DNA of 64,000 nt from Clostridiales bacterium (GTDB taxonomy: Bacteria > Bacillota > Clostridia > Christensenellales > Aristaeellaceae), in the NCBI GenBank assembly GCA_016930575.1, contig JAFGGL010000063.1, positions 8,522-72,521 on the forward strand, in the 5' to 3' direction. The translations under genes were made by a program, and so were the position numbers. Position 1 is the first letter of the stretch, and the number at the start of each line of letters is the position of its first letter. The notes under the pieces are model-generated. The model was not told the origin of the DNA, did no database searches, and saw only the letters and a list, made by a program, of their open reading frames with translations. Shown piece after piece: positions 55,830 to 64,000 of this stretch.

Positions 55830-56372
55830 ATGAGAAAAATCACAACAACAGTGCTGATCCTCGCGTTGATCTGTGCGTTTGTCCCGGCCGCGGCGGCGCA
55901 GGAGATCGAAATACACCCGGAGAACGCCCAGTTTTATATCGTCGCCACCCTGCCGGGCGGTTCCCGGGTGGAAAACAGCATGACCGACGGGTATTTCTCC
56001 CTGACGGAGATCGAGTATATCACTGTCGGCAGGCCTTCCGTCGTCATCACCACGGCGGCGGACGAGCTCTACATCGGGCGGAGTCTGTCGGATTTATCCA
56101 AAGAGGACGTGAACCTGATCATCGCTACGATTACCGTGGAAATGAGCGAACCCGTCGTGGAAGTCGGCGCCACCCCGGACGGCTACGAGTACATCGTCGT
56201 CAACGAATCCACGGCTACCAACGACACCTGCGATACCGTGATGCTCATCAACGGGTACTTCATCATGGTGCACGTATTCTACGCGGATTTCAGCGAGCTG
56301 ACCGAAGCGGATATGGAAATCGGCCCGGCTATCGTCGAAACCTTCCGCTTCGTAAGCAATATAAACTCCTGA
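55830..56372 (+). CDS. Secreted hypothetical protein
   Basis: Internal ATG at 55830 after GGAAGGAAG gives MRKITTTVLILALICAFVPAAAAQ, a signal peptide. Confidence 0.55.
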   Translation: MRKITTTVLILALICAFVPAAAAQEIEIHPENAQFYIVATLPGGSRVENSMTDGYFSLTEIEYITVGRPSVVITTAADELYIGRSLSDLSKEDVNLIIATITVEMSEPVVEVGATPDGYEYIVVNESTATNDTCDTVMLINGYFIMVHVFYADFSELTEADMEIGPAIVETFRFVSNINS

Positions 56373-56404
56373 GTCCGGGAAAACAAGGTTTTCATATATT
56401 CTGC

Positions 56405-56434
56405 TTGCATCGCGGGGCGGCTGTATGGTACAAT
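56405..56434 (+). promoter_or_regulatory. Candidate rplS promoter (-35 TTGCAT, 18 nt, TG-extended -10 TACAAT)
   Basis: Read directly. Confidence 0.45.
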
Positions 56435-56518
56435 GCCCTTTGTGATATTAACGGGCGGTCCTCTGCACGGGCTACGGCGCCGGGGTACGAACGTCTATGA
56501 GGAAAAGGAGGCACACGC

Positions 56519-56869
56519 ATGAGCGACGTTATTCGTTCCATCGAAAAAGCGCAGCTTCGCAGTGATCGTCCCGCATTCAACATCGGCGACACCGTACGCG
56601 TTTGGGTGAAGGTCGTCGAAGGCGAACGTGAACGCCTGCAGGCGTTTGAAGGCACCGTGATCGCCAAACGCAACGGCAGCATCCGCGAAACATTTACCGT
56701 GCGCCGCTTGAGCTACGGCATCGGCGTAGAGCGCACGTTCCCGCTGCATTCTCCGCGCGTAGACCGCATCGAGGTCATCCGCCGCGGCAAGGCGCGCAGG
56801 GCCAAGCTCTATTATCTGCGCGGCTTGCAGGGCAAGGCTGCCAAGATTAAAGAAGCAAGCCGTTCCTGA
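56519..56869 (+). CDS. rplS: 50S ribosomal protein L19
   Basis: [44 protein letters not shown]...[10 protein letters not shown]. Confidence 0.97.
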   Translation: MSDVIRSIEKAQLRSDRPAFNIGDTVRVWVKVVEGERERLQAFEGTVIAKRNGSIRETFTVRRLSYGIGVERTFPLHSPRVDRIEVIRRGKARRAKLYYLRGLQGKAAKIKEASRS

Positions 56870-56879
56870 CGGGAACATA

Positions 56880-56905
56880 AGAACGCTCAAACGGGCGTTC
56901 TTTTT
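56880..56905 (+). terminator. Intrinsic terminator (AGAACGC ... GCGTTCT then TTTT)
   Basis: Read directly. Confidence 0.65.
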
Positions 56906-56937
56906 GAAAGAGCATAACAAGGCAAACGAGGCGCGAT

Positions 56938-57852
56938 ATGATCCGAAAATGGTTCCTGTTCATCCTGATCCTGCTGGTTCCGGCCTTCGCGTCCGCAGAT
57001 CCCGTGATCTTCCACACGCTGGACGGCGGCAGCGCGCCGTACGAAACGGTATCCGAGGCGGCAGGCGGTCTGTTTGCGGACGGCGCGGAACTATTGACCG
57101 TTGATTTCATCGACCGCGGCGCGTCCGACTGCATAATGCTTCGCTGCGGCGGGGAAACCATGCTGGTGGACGGCGCGATCTTCAATCAATTCGCACACAT
57201 CGAGAGCGTGTTCAGGACGCTTGACGTTACGCATTTTACCTATCTACTCAATACCCACGCCCACGACGACCACATCGAAGGGCTGCTGGCCATTCTCAGG
57301 CGCGATTATACGGTGGACGAGTATATGTCCTGCTATCCGGACGGCTACAACGGCAGCGAATACCAGACGAAAGCGCGCGAACTGCTGGCCGCCAAAAACA
57401 TCCCCTACCGGCAGATCGGCGACGGGGATCGTTTCACGCTTGGCGGCGCCGAGGTGACGGTATTTCGGGACGAGACCCCCGGGATCGACAAAAACCGCCA
57501 CAGCATCATCCTGAAGGTGGTATTCGGTGAGCGCAGCGTGCTTTTGATGGCCGACGCCGTCGGGCAGACGCAGGAATACCTGCTGGGGCAATACGATCCA
57601 AGTGTATTCAAAGCCGACGTGCTGAAATACCCGCACCACGGGTATGTGAATATGACGAGTGCGTTTTTGCAGGCAGTCTCCCCCGAGCTGTGCGTGATCA
57701 CCAACACCCGCGCGTCGGCGGCGCTGGCGGAAAGACAGCTGGCCGCGCTCCACATCCCGCGGTACTACACCAACGCGGGCGTCGTACGCATGCAGACCGA
57801 CGGAAAAATATGGCGTGCAGAACAAATGCCGTTCGGATGGCCGTCGGAATAA
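56938..57852 (+). CDS. Secreted MBL-fold metallo-hydrolase (ComEC-type beta-lactamase domain)
   Basis: Signal peptide. HAHDDHIEGL metal motif and a later ..YPHHG. Confidence 0.8.
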   Translation: MIRKWFLFILILLVPAFASADPVIFHTLDGGSAPYETVSEAAGGLFADGAELLTVDFIDRGASDCIMLRCGGETMLVDGAIFNQFAHIESVFRTLDVTHFTYLLNTHAHDDHIEGLLAILRRDYTVDEYMSCYPDGYNGSEYQTKARELLAAKNIPYRQIGDGDRFTLGGAEVTVFRDETPGIDKNRHSIILKVVFGERSVLLMADAVGQTQEYLLGQYDPSVFKADVLKYPHHGYVNMTSAFLQAVSPELCVITNTRASAALAERQLAALHIPRYYTNAGVVRMQTDGKIWRAEQMPFGWPSE

Positions 57853-57869
57853 AACGCAAATACCGGGTT

Positions 57870-57897
57870 TTGAATCTGAATCGATTTGTGGTATAAT
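57870..57897 (+). promoter_or_regulatory. Candidate promoter for yerC-pcrA (-35 TTGAAT, 16 nt, TG-extended -10 TATAAT)
   Basis: Read directly. Confidence 0.5.
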
Positions 57898-58012
57898 TAA
57901 ATATACGAAACGCTGTGCCGATCCCCGTACCGGCGCCCGCAAAACGCGGCGGCGCGGCGGCGGGATCCATCTATGCGCGCTGCCCTTAGGGTGAAGAGAA
58001 TCCGGAGGTTTT

Positions 58013-58312
58013 ATGAAGTTCACGCCGCAGTTGAAAGGCGAGCAAATTGATCTGCTCATGAAGGCGCTTCTCACCCTGACGACAACGGATGAAGCGCATC
58101 GTTTTTGCGAGGACGTGATGACCATCAAGGAACTGGAGAGCATCGCGCAGCGTTTGGAAGTCGCCGTAATGCTCAACCGCAGGGCGACCTACCAGGAAAT
58201 CGCGCAGAAAACGGGCGCAAGCACCGCCACCATCAGCCGCGTGAACCGCGCGCTGCATTACGGGGCCGATGGGTATGCTTTTGTGCTTTCGCAGCTGGAC
58301 AAAGAAGTTTAG
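58013..58312 (+). CDS. yerC: YerC/YecD-family TrpR-like protein
   Basis: 99 aa. FCEDVMTIKELESIAQRLEVAVML..ATYQEIAQKTGASTATISRVNRAL. Confidence 0.85.
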   Translation: MKFTPQLKGEQIDLLMKALLTLTTTDEAHRFCEDVMTIKELESIAQRLEVAVMLNRRATYQEIAQKTGASTATISRVNRALHYGADGYAFVLSQLDKEV

Positions 58313-58321
58313 AGGTTTACG

Positions 58322-60625
58322 ATGAAGTTGGATATGCTCAATCCACAACAGCGCAAGGCCGCTGAGACACTGAACGGTCCTGTGCTTATTTTGGCGGGCG
58401 CGGGCAGCGGCAAAACGCGCGCGCTTACCTACCGCGTCGCCAATCTGATCAGTACGGGCGTGGAACCGTGGCGTATCCTTGCCATCACCTTTACCAACAA
58501 AGCCGCCAAAGAGATGCAGGCGCGCATCGTGGAGCTCGTGGGCGACAAAGCCGAAGACGTATGGGTGAGTACCTTTCACGCGATGTGCGCCAGGATCCTG
58601 CGCCGCGATATCGAAAAACTCGGCTACAAGCGTTCCTTTTCCATCTACGACGAGGACGATCAGAAAAGCATGTTGAAAAACACGCTGAAGTCGCTGGACA
58701 TTGACGATAAATCCTTCACCATCCGCGAATTGAAAGTCAGGATTTCGGACGCGAAAAACCGCCTGCTCACGCCGGACGAATGGTTCCGCGAATCGGCCAA
58801 AGATTTCCGCTGCCAGCAGATACACGATATTTTCACCGAATACGAAAAACGGCTGCGTTCGGCAAACGCCCTGGATTTTGACGATCTGCTGATGCGCACG
58901 CTGGAGCTGTTTGCCGATCATCCCCCGGTTCTAAAAAGCTACCAACAGCGCTTTTCCCACGTGCTGGTGGACGAGTACCAGGATACGAACTACGCCCAGT
59001 ATAAACTGGTGAACCTGCTGACGCAGGAAAGCCGCAACCTCTGCGTGGTCGGCGACGACGACCAGTCCATCTATTCCTGGCGCGGCGCGGACATGCGCAA
59101 CATCCTGGAGTTTGAAAAGGACTATCCCGAGGCCACGGTCATCAAGCTGGAGCAGAACTACCGCAGTACCTCAAACATCCTGGACGCCGCCAACCAGGTG
59201 ATACAAAACAATCAGGAGAGAAAAGCAAAAAAGCTGTGGACCGACGCGCCAGAGGGCGAGCTGATCAGCCTGTTCTGCGCGGGCGACGAACGCGAAGAAG
59301 CCGCCTGGATCTGCGACCGCATCCAGCAGTTGCAGCTGTCCGGCGAGAAATACTCCGATATCGCCGTGCTCTACCGCACCAACGCGCAAAGCCGCGTACT
59401 TGAAGAAATGCTGATGCGCGCGGGCATCCCCTACCGGGTGTTCGGCGGCGTGCGCTTCTACGACCGCAAGGAGATCAAGGACATCATCGCCTACCTGCGC
59501 TGCATCGTCAATCCCAGCGACGACATCAGCCTGCGCCGTATCATCAACCAGCCCAAGCGCTCCATCGGCGAAAGCACAATACGCGAACTGCTGCTGTTTG
59601 CCGAAAAGGACTCGGTGCCTCTTTACTCTGCGCTGATGGACGTGCCCGACACCCTGTCGGCGCGGCCGCGCAAGTGCGTGCGCGAGTTCGGCGAACTGAT
59701 GGGCGAACTCGTCGCCCTGCACGAGACCGTCAGCCTGAGCGAATTTGTGGATGTCCTGATCGAGAGAACGGGGCTGCGCGCGCAGTATGAGAAGGACCTA
59801 TCCGACGAGGCGAAAACCAGGCTTGAAAACATGGACGAGTTCCTGGGCGCGGTACGTGAGTTTGAGCAAGCGGCGGACGAGCCGACGCTTGAGAATTATC
59901 TGGAAAACGTCGCGCTGATCACGGACCTGGACCAGGCGGAAATCGGCACGAAGCATATCACGTTGATGACCGTACACTCGGCAAAGGGGCTTGAGTTCCA
60001 CACGGTGTTCATCGCGGGGCTCGAAGAGGGCGTGTTCCCAAGCGGCCGGAGCATACTGGAGGACAACCGGCTGGAGGAGGAGCGCAGGCTTTGCTACGTC
60101 GCCATCACGCGCGCCAAGGAGAACCTTTACATCAGCTACGCCATGCAGCGGATGCTGTACAACCAGCTCAACATGAACGCGCTGAGCCGTTTTGTGGATG
60201 AGATTCCCAAGGGCCTCATCGACGACGCGTGGATCTCCAAGCGCGAGCAAAACTTCCCGGAAGAGGAAGCCAAGCCGCAGCCCGCGCACAAGCAGTCCGA
60301 GAAGAAGCAATCGCATAAACCGCTGACCTTCGGCGTACCGCAGATCGTCACGCGCGGCGCGGGCATCGGCGCCAGAAGTTCGGCGCTTGGCATCAAGGGC
60401 GTGAAGAAGGGCTTCACCCCGTCGGCCGCCGCGGGCGTGCCCGCCAGCGCGCTGGCTTCGCTGTTCAAGGTGGGCGACCGGGTGATGCATAAAAAGTTCG
60501 GCGAGGGCAACGTGATGGATATCCACGGCAAGGGCAGCGACAGCCGCATCGTCATCTCGTTCGCGGCTTACGGCATCAAGGAATTCGCGTTATGTATCGC
60601 GCCCATCGTTAAAGTAAACGACTAA
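58322..60625 (+). CDS. pcrA: ATP-dependent DNA helicase PcrA (UvrD family)
   Basis: Motifs AGAGSGKT, TFTNKAA, VDEYQDTN, YRS, HSAKGLEF and VAITRA, plus a C-terminal Tudor-like tail. Confidence 0.95.
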   Translation: MKLDMLNPQQRKAAETLNGPVLILAGAGSGKTRALTYRVANLISTGVEPWRILAITFTNKAAKEMQARIVELVGDKAEDVWVSTFHAMCARILRRDIEKLGYKRSFSIYDEDDQKSMLKNTLKSLDIDDKSFTIRELKVRISDAKNRLLTPDEWFRESAKDFRCQQIHDIFTEYEKRLRSANALDFDDLLMRTLELFADHPPVLKSYQQRFSHVLVDEYQDTNYAQYKLVNLLTQESRNLCVVGDDDQSIYSWRGADMRNILEFEKDYPEATVIKLEQNYRSTSNILDAANQVIQNNQERKAKKLWTDAPEGELISLFCAGDEREEAAWICDRIQQLQLSGEKYSDIAVLYRTNAQSRVLEEMLMRAGIPYRVFGGVRFYDRKEIKDIIAYLRCIVNPSDDISLRRIINQPKRSIGESTIRELLLFAEKDSVPLYSALMDVPDTLSARPRKCVREFGELMGELVALHETVSLSEFVDVLIERTGLRAQYEKDLSDEAKTRLENMDEFLGAVREFEQAADEPTLENYLENVALITDLDQAEIGTKHITLMTVHSAKGLEFHTVFIAGLEEGVFPSGRSILEDNRLEEERRLCYVAITRAKENLYISYAMQRMLYNQLNMNALSRFVDEIPKGLIDDAWISKREQNFPEEEAKPQPAHKQSEKKQSHKPLTFGVPQIVTRGAGIGARSSALGIKGVKKGFTPSAAAGVPASALASLFKVGDRVMHKKFGEGNVMDIHGKGSDSRIVISFAAYGIKEFALCIAPIVKVND

Positions 60626-60848
60626 TCAGCCTGCCCAAAAAACCCGATCTGCGGTGTCAGCAGATTGCGGCCTCACCCAGCGCAATGCTTGCGCGAGGCT
60701 ACGCGCTTCATTCGCTCCGCGAATATCAGGCGCTAGTCGGGCTAACGCCCTCCCTATTCGGGATGTCGGTCGGCATCACTTACGCTGCGAGTAAGCTCAA
60801 CCTCCCGCCACCCTTGCTTCCTACCATCTCAGGCTTTTAAACAGGCCG
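60626..60848 (+). repeat. Mosaic hairpin repeat copy R6, partner of 18166-18388
   Basis: See R2. It occupies most of the pcrA-ligA spacer. Confidence 0.75.
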
Positions 60849-60912
60849 ATAGACAGCCATTATAAACATAATAAGGATGCTTAAATGCGTCCTGTTTTAA
60901 GGTGGAGGGTCC

Positions 60913-62886
60913 ATGGATACGGAAAACCGCATGGATGAACTCATTCAAAAGCTCAACGCCGCAAGCGCCGCGTATTACACAAGCGAATCCACCATGAGCG
61001 ACGCCGAGTGGGATAAGCTGTACGACGAACTTGTGGGCCTGGAGAAAGAAACCGGCATACAGCGCGAAAACAGCCCCACCCGCCGCGTCGGCGCGGAACC
61101 GCTTAAGGCGTTTCAGCCGCATCGCCACCTAAACCGCCTGTGGAGCATGGATAAGGTACAGAGCAAGGAGGAACTTCGCACGTGGCTTTCGCGCTGCGAA
61201 AAGCTGTGGGAGCAGCAAAGCGAGTTCATGCCGCCGCTTTCCTTCGGCGTGGAGTACAAGCTGGACGGGCTGACCATCAACCTGATGTATGAGGGCGGCA
61301 GGCTGACACAGGCCGCCACACGCGGCAACGGCGAGGTCGGCGAGGGCGTGCTGCCGCAGGTGCGCACCATCCGCGCCGTGCCGCTGAGCATCCCGTACCG
61401 GGGCCTGCTTGAGGTGCAGGGCGAGTGCATCATGCGGCTGAGCACCCTGGAGGCCTACAACAAGACCGCCGACGAGCCCCTGAAAAACGCGCGCAACGCC
61501 GCCGCGGGCGCGATACGCAACCTGGACCCGCGCGTCACCGCCGCGCGGAAACTGGACGCGTTCTTCTATCAGATCGGCACCATTGAAAACCCCCCGTATT
61601 CCGACCACAGCGGCATGATTGAATTCCTGCGGAAGAACGGCTTCCCCACCGTGCCGCTTAGGACCCTGTCCGGCGCGGACGAACTGGAACAGGCCGTGGA
61701 CGCCGTTGAATTAAAGCGCGAGACGCTGGATTTTTTGATCGACGGCGCGGTGATCAAGGTGCAGGATCTGCGCACACGCGAGCTGATGGGCAACACCGAC
61801 AAATTCCCCCGCTGGGCGGTCGCGTACAAGTTCGCCGCCGAGGAGGATATCGCGACGCTGCTTTCCGTCGACTGGCAGCTGGGCCGCACCGGAAAGCTGA
61901 CCCCGCTGGCGCGGCTGACACCCACGGATATCGGCGGCGTGACCGTGCAAAACGCGACGCTCAACAACTACGGCGATATCCTGCGCAAGAAGCTCGCCGT
62001 GGGCTGCAAGGTGTGGATACGGCGAAGTAACGACGTGATTCCCGAAATCATGGGCCGTGTAGGCAAGGCGGAGGCCGGCGAGCAGGAGATCGTTCCGCCC
62101 GCGCGCTGCCCCGCCTGCGGCACGGCGCTTACAGAGCGCGGCGCGCACCTGTTTTGCATGAACCGCAAGAGCTGCAAGCCGCAGGCCGTAGCCCGGATAG
62201 CGCATTTCGCGGGGCGCGACGCCATGGACATCGAAGGCTTTTCCGAGAAGACCGCCGATCTGCTCTACGACAAAATGAAGGTACGGGATCTGGCCGATCT
62301 CTACGGCATGACCGCGGATATGCTGCTGGAATTGGAAGGATTCCAGCAAAAACGCGCTGAAAATCTCATTCAGGCGCTGAAAGACAGCAAACGCTGCTCG
62401 CTGGATGCGTTCCTGTTCGGGCTCGGCATCCCGAATATCGGGCGTAAAACCGCGCGCGACCTGGCCGATACCTTCGGCTCGCTTCAGAAGCTGACGGAAG
62501 CGACCGAGGAACAGCTCCTTGCCATCCCCGAAGTCGGCGCCGTCGTCGCCGCAAGCATCACGGAGTTCTTCTCCTTCGAAGAGAACCGCCGGATGATCGA
62601 CCGCCTGCTTCTCGCAGGAGTGACGCCGGAATACGAACGCAGCATAAAATCCGACGCGCTGATGCACCAAACCGTCGTCATCACCGGCACGCTTCAAACG
62701 TTGAGCCGCCAGGAGGCCGAGGCTTTGGTCGCCGCGCACGGCGGGCAAGCCGCGTCAAGCGTCAGCAAGAAGACCGCCTTCGTGGTCGCGGGCGAAAAGG
62801 CCGGCGGCAAACTGGAAAAGGCGCGGCAGCTTGGCGTTCCCGTGCTGACGGAAGAAGAATTTCTGCGAAGACTTGAAGCCGATTAA
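60913..62886 (+). CDS. ligA: NAD-dependent DNA ligase
   Basis: KLDG adenylation Lys (EYKLDGLT), zinc finger CPACG...C, HhH repeats and a C-terminal BRCT domain. Confidence 0.96.
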   Translation: MDTENRMDELIQKLNAASAAYYTSESTMSDAEWDKLYDELVGLEKETGIQRENSPTRRVGAEPLKAFQPHRHLNRLWSMDKVQSKEELRTWLSRCEKLWEQQSEFMPPLSFGVEYKLDGLTINLMYEGGRLTQAATRGNGEVGEGVLPQVRTIRAVPLSIPYRGLLEVQGECIMRLSTLEAYNKTADEPLKNARNAAAGAIRNLDPRVTAARKLDAFFYQIGTIENPPYSDHSGMIEFLRKNGFPTVPLRTLSGADELEQAVDAVELKRETLDFLIDGAVIKVQDLRTRELMGNTDKFPRWAVAYKFAAEEDIATLLSVDWQLGRTGKLTPLARLTPTDIGGVTVQNATLNNYGDILRKKLAVGCKVWIRRSNDVIPEIMGRVGKAEAGEQEIVPPARCPACGTALTERGAHLFCMNRKSCKPQAVARIAHFAGRDAMDIEGFSEKTADLLYDKMKVRDLADLYGMTADMLLELEGFQQKRAENLIQALKDSKRCSLDAFLFGLGIPNIGRKTARDLADTFGSLQKLTEATEEQLLAIPEVGAVVAASITEFFSFEENRRMIDRLLLAGVTPEYERSIKSDALMHQTVVITGTLQTLSRQEAEALVAAHGGQAASSVSKKTAFVVAGEKAGGKLEKARQLGVPVLTEEEFLRRLEAD

Positions 62887-62955
62887 CGCGCGATAAAAGA
62901 CAACCGTTTTCACATGACCAGGCGTACCGGAAACCCGCGATAGGGAGGATACGAT

Positions 62956-63741
62956 ATGGGATCGATGGCGAAAAGTCTCGTGCGAAAACTTGCGGTTCTG
63001 CTCGGCTTCGCCGGCATGGTCGCCGTCAACTGGCTGGGAACGACCGGGCAGATCAACAACGTAACAACCACCGATATATCGGACGCCTATACTTCCCTGT
63101 TCACGCCCGCGGGATATGCCTTCTCCATCTGGGGCCTTATCTATCTGCTTCTGCTTATTTACGTGCTGTTCCAATTGTTTTCCGCCAGCCTCGGAAAGGA
63201 CGGAAAGCTGTCCGGGATCGCGTTGTGGTTCGCGGCGTCCTGTATACTGAACATCGGCTGGATTTTCGCCTGGCATTACAGGCAGATTATCGTATCGGCC
63301 GCCGTTATAATCCTGCTTCTGATCTGCCTGATGCGGATTCTCACGATGCTTCTGGATACGCCGCGGACATTTGGCAACCTGTTCAGCCTGGAGATTCCCT
63401 TCGGGCTTTATGCGGGCTGGATCACCGTAGCGACTATCTCCAATATCGCGGCGCTGCTTGTCAGCCTGGTATGGGACCATTTCCTGATTCCAGACTTCGC
63501 CTGGCTGATCATCGTGCTGCTGGGGACCACGATCATTACCATCGTGGCCGGCGGCAGTTCGCACAATATAGCGTATCCGGCGGGGGTCATCTGGGGCCTC
63601 GTCGGCATTTTGGTCCGCTACCTGCCGGATTTTAAGTTCGACGTACAGGTAAACGCCATGTGGATCGTTTTTATACTGGGAATCAGCCTGCTGGTCATCA
63701 CCGTCCGCTGGATTGATATCATCGTCCGCAGGCTGAAATAA
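62956..63741 (+). CDS. TspO/MBR-related tryptophan-rich membrane protein (tentative)
   Basis: 261 aa with 7-8 TM segments. The ..LFTPAGYAFSIWGLIYLLL.. pattern is recalled from proteins annotated as tryptophan-rich sensory proteins. Confidence 0.5.
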   Translation: MGSMAKSLVRKLAVLLGFAGMVAVNWLGTTGQINNVTTTDISDAYTSLFTPAGYAFSIWGLIYLLLLIYVLFQLFSASLGKDGKLSGIALWFAASCILNIGWIFAWHYRQIIVSAAVIILLLICLMRILTMLLDTPRTFGNLFSLEIPFGLYAGWITVATISNIAALLVSLVWDHFLIPDFAWLIIVLLGTTIITIVAGGSSHNIAYPAGVIWGLVGILVRYLPDFKFDVQVNAMWIVFILGISLLVITVRWIDIIVRRLK

Positions 63742-63753
63742 ACGCATGCAGAA

Positions 63754-63784
63754 GCTCCGCGCCTGAACCGGCGCGGGGCTTTTA
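63754..63784. terminator. 10-bp GC-rich hairpin plus a T-run between convergent genes
   Basis: GCTCCGCGCC tgaacc GGCGCGGGGC then TTTT. Confidence 0.6.
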
Positions 63785-63797
63785 CTATCGCCTGTTC

Positions 63798-64000
63798 TCA
63801 GTTGATATACAGGCCGTAGTCGCCGTCCAGCCCCATCAGGTCGACGGTCAGGGTATCGTCCACGATGTAGGTCAGTTTCACGACGGCTGCGGGCTTCTCG
63901 TCCGGTTCAAAGGAGCGCGCGTAGTTGAAGGTAAGCAATACGGTGCCCGCCGCCTCTCCCTTGAAGATCCAGGTATGCACGCCGCCCGCGCCGGCAATAT
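63798..64000 (-). CDS. C-terminal part of a chagasin/I42-like peptidase-inhibitor-domain protein; the gene runs off the window
   Basis: The frame is open to position 64000, and the listed M at 63980 is an internal GTG. GVHTWIFKGEAAGTVLLTFNYARSFE resembles the chagasin-family W.F.....G...l.f.Y.RpwE motif. Confidence 0.4.
   Translation of the reverse strand, partial: IAGAGGVHTWIFKGEAAGTVLLTFNYARSFEPDEKPAAVVKLTYIVDDTLTVDLMGLDGDYGLYIN

Noticed and set aside
56435-56518. Possible L19 (rplS) autoregulatory leader
   Set aside because: I cannot match the 84-nt leader to the Bacilli L19-leader structure from memory. A covariance-model scan would be needed.
62755-63747. 330-aa minus-strand ORF
   Set aside because: It is antisense to the ligA 3' end and to the polytopic membrane protein gene. 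The translation is highly charged and D/Q/R/G-rich, and it lacks start-site signals.

Overview
This 64-kb window comes from a GC-rich, Clostridia-type Firmicutes chromosome. That assignment is inferred from gene content and order only: smpB-ssrA, cggR-pgk-tpiA-gpmI, asp23-amaP-DUF2273-nusB, M22-folD-xseA-xseB-ispA, nifS-thiI, yerC-pcrA-ligA and GerMN lipoproteins behind a WalRK-like two-component pair. About 55 genes can be supported, and most are ordinary housekeeping, sugar-acid (uxaA/uxaC), amino-sugar (nagB/glcK) or transport genes. Many long ORFs in the six-frame track are antisense shadows of real genes in GC-rich DNA and were rejected. The ORF track also uses GTG/TTG starts, so several real starts lie internal to the listed ORFs. 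Three things stand out. (1) An AT-richer singleton gene at 51873-52682 sits against the local gene orientation with a consensus promoter. It encodes an orphan proteasome-beta/HslV-like Ntn-hydrolase that appears to have Ser rather than Thr at the nucleophile position. (2) A roughly 1.1-kb AT-rich islet lies directly downstream of the tmRNA gene and carries one SRA-like/HNH endonuclease, a candidate modification-dependent restriction enzyme. (3) A family of mosaic multi-hairpin intergenic repeats has at least five copies, at about 16.4, 18.2, 22.2, 28.0 and 60.7 kb. Equivalent hairpins in different copies keep their position and geometry but differ in stem sequence through compensatory changes. 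A separate 169-nt element bounded by inverted repeats lies 3' of glyQS and contains an 18-bp helix whose four G-U pairs work only on the plus strand. No CRISPR array, rRNA, tRNA, integrase or transposase was seen. All homology statements come from reading the translated ORFs and recalling family motifs. No database search was run.
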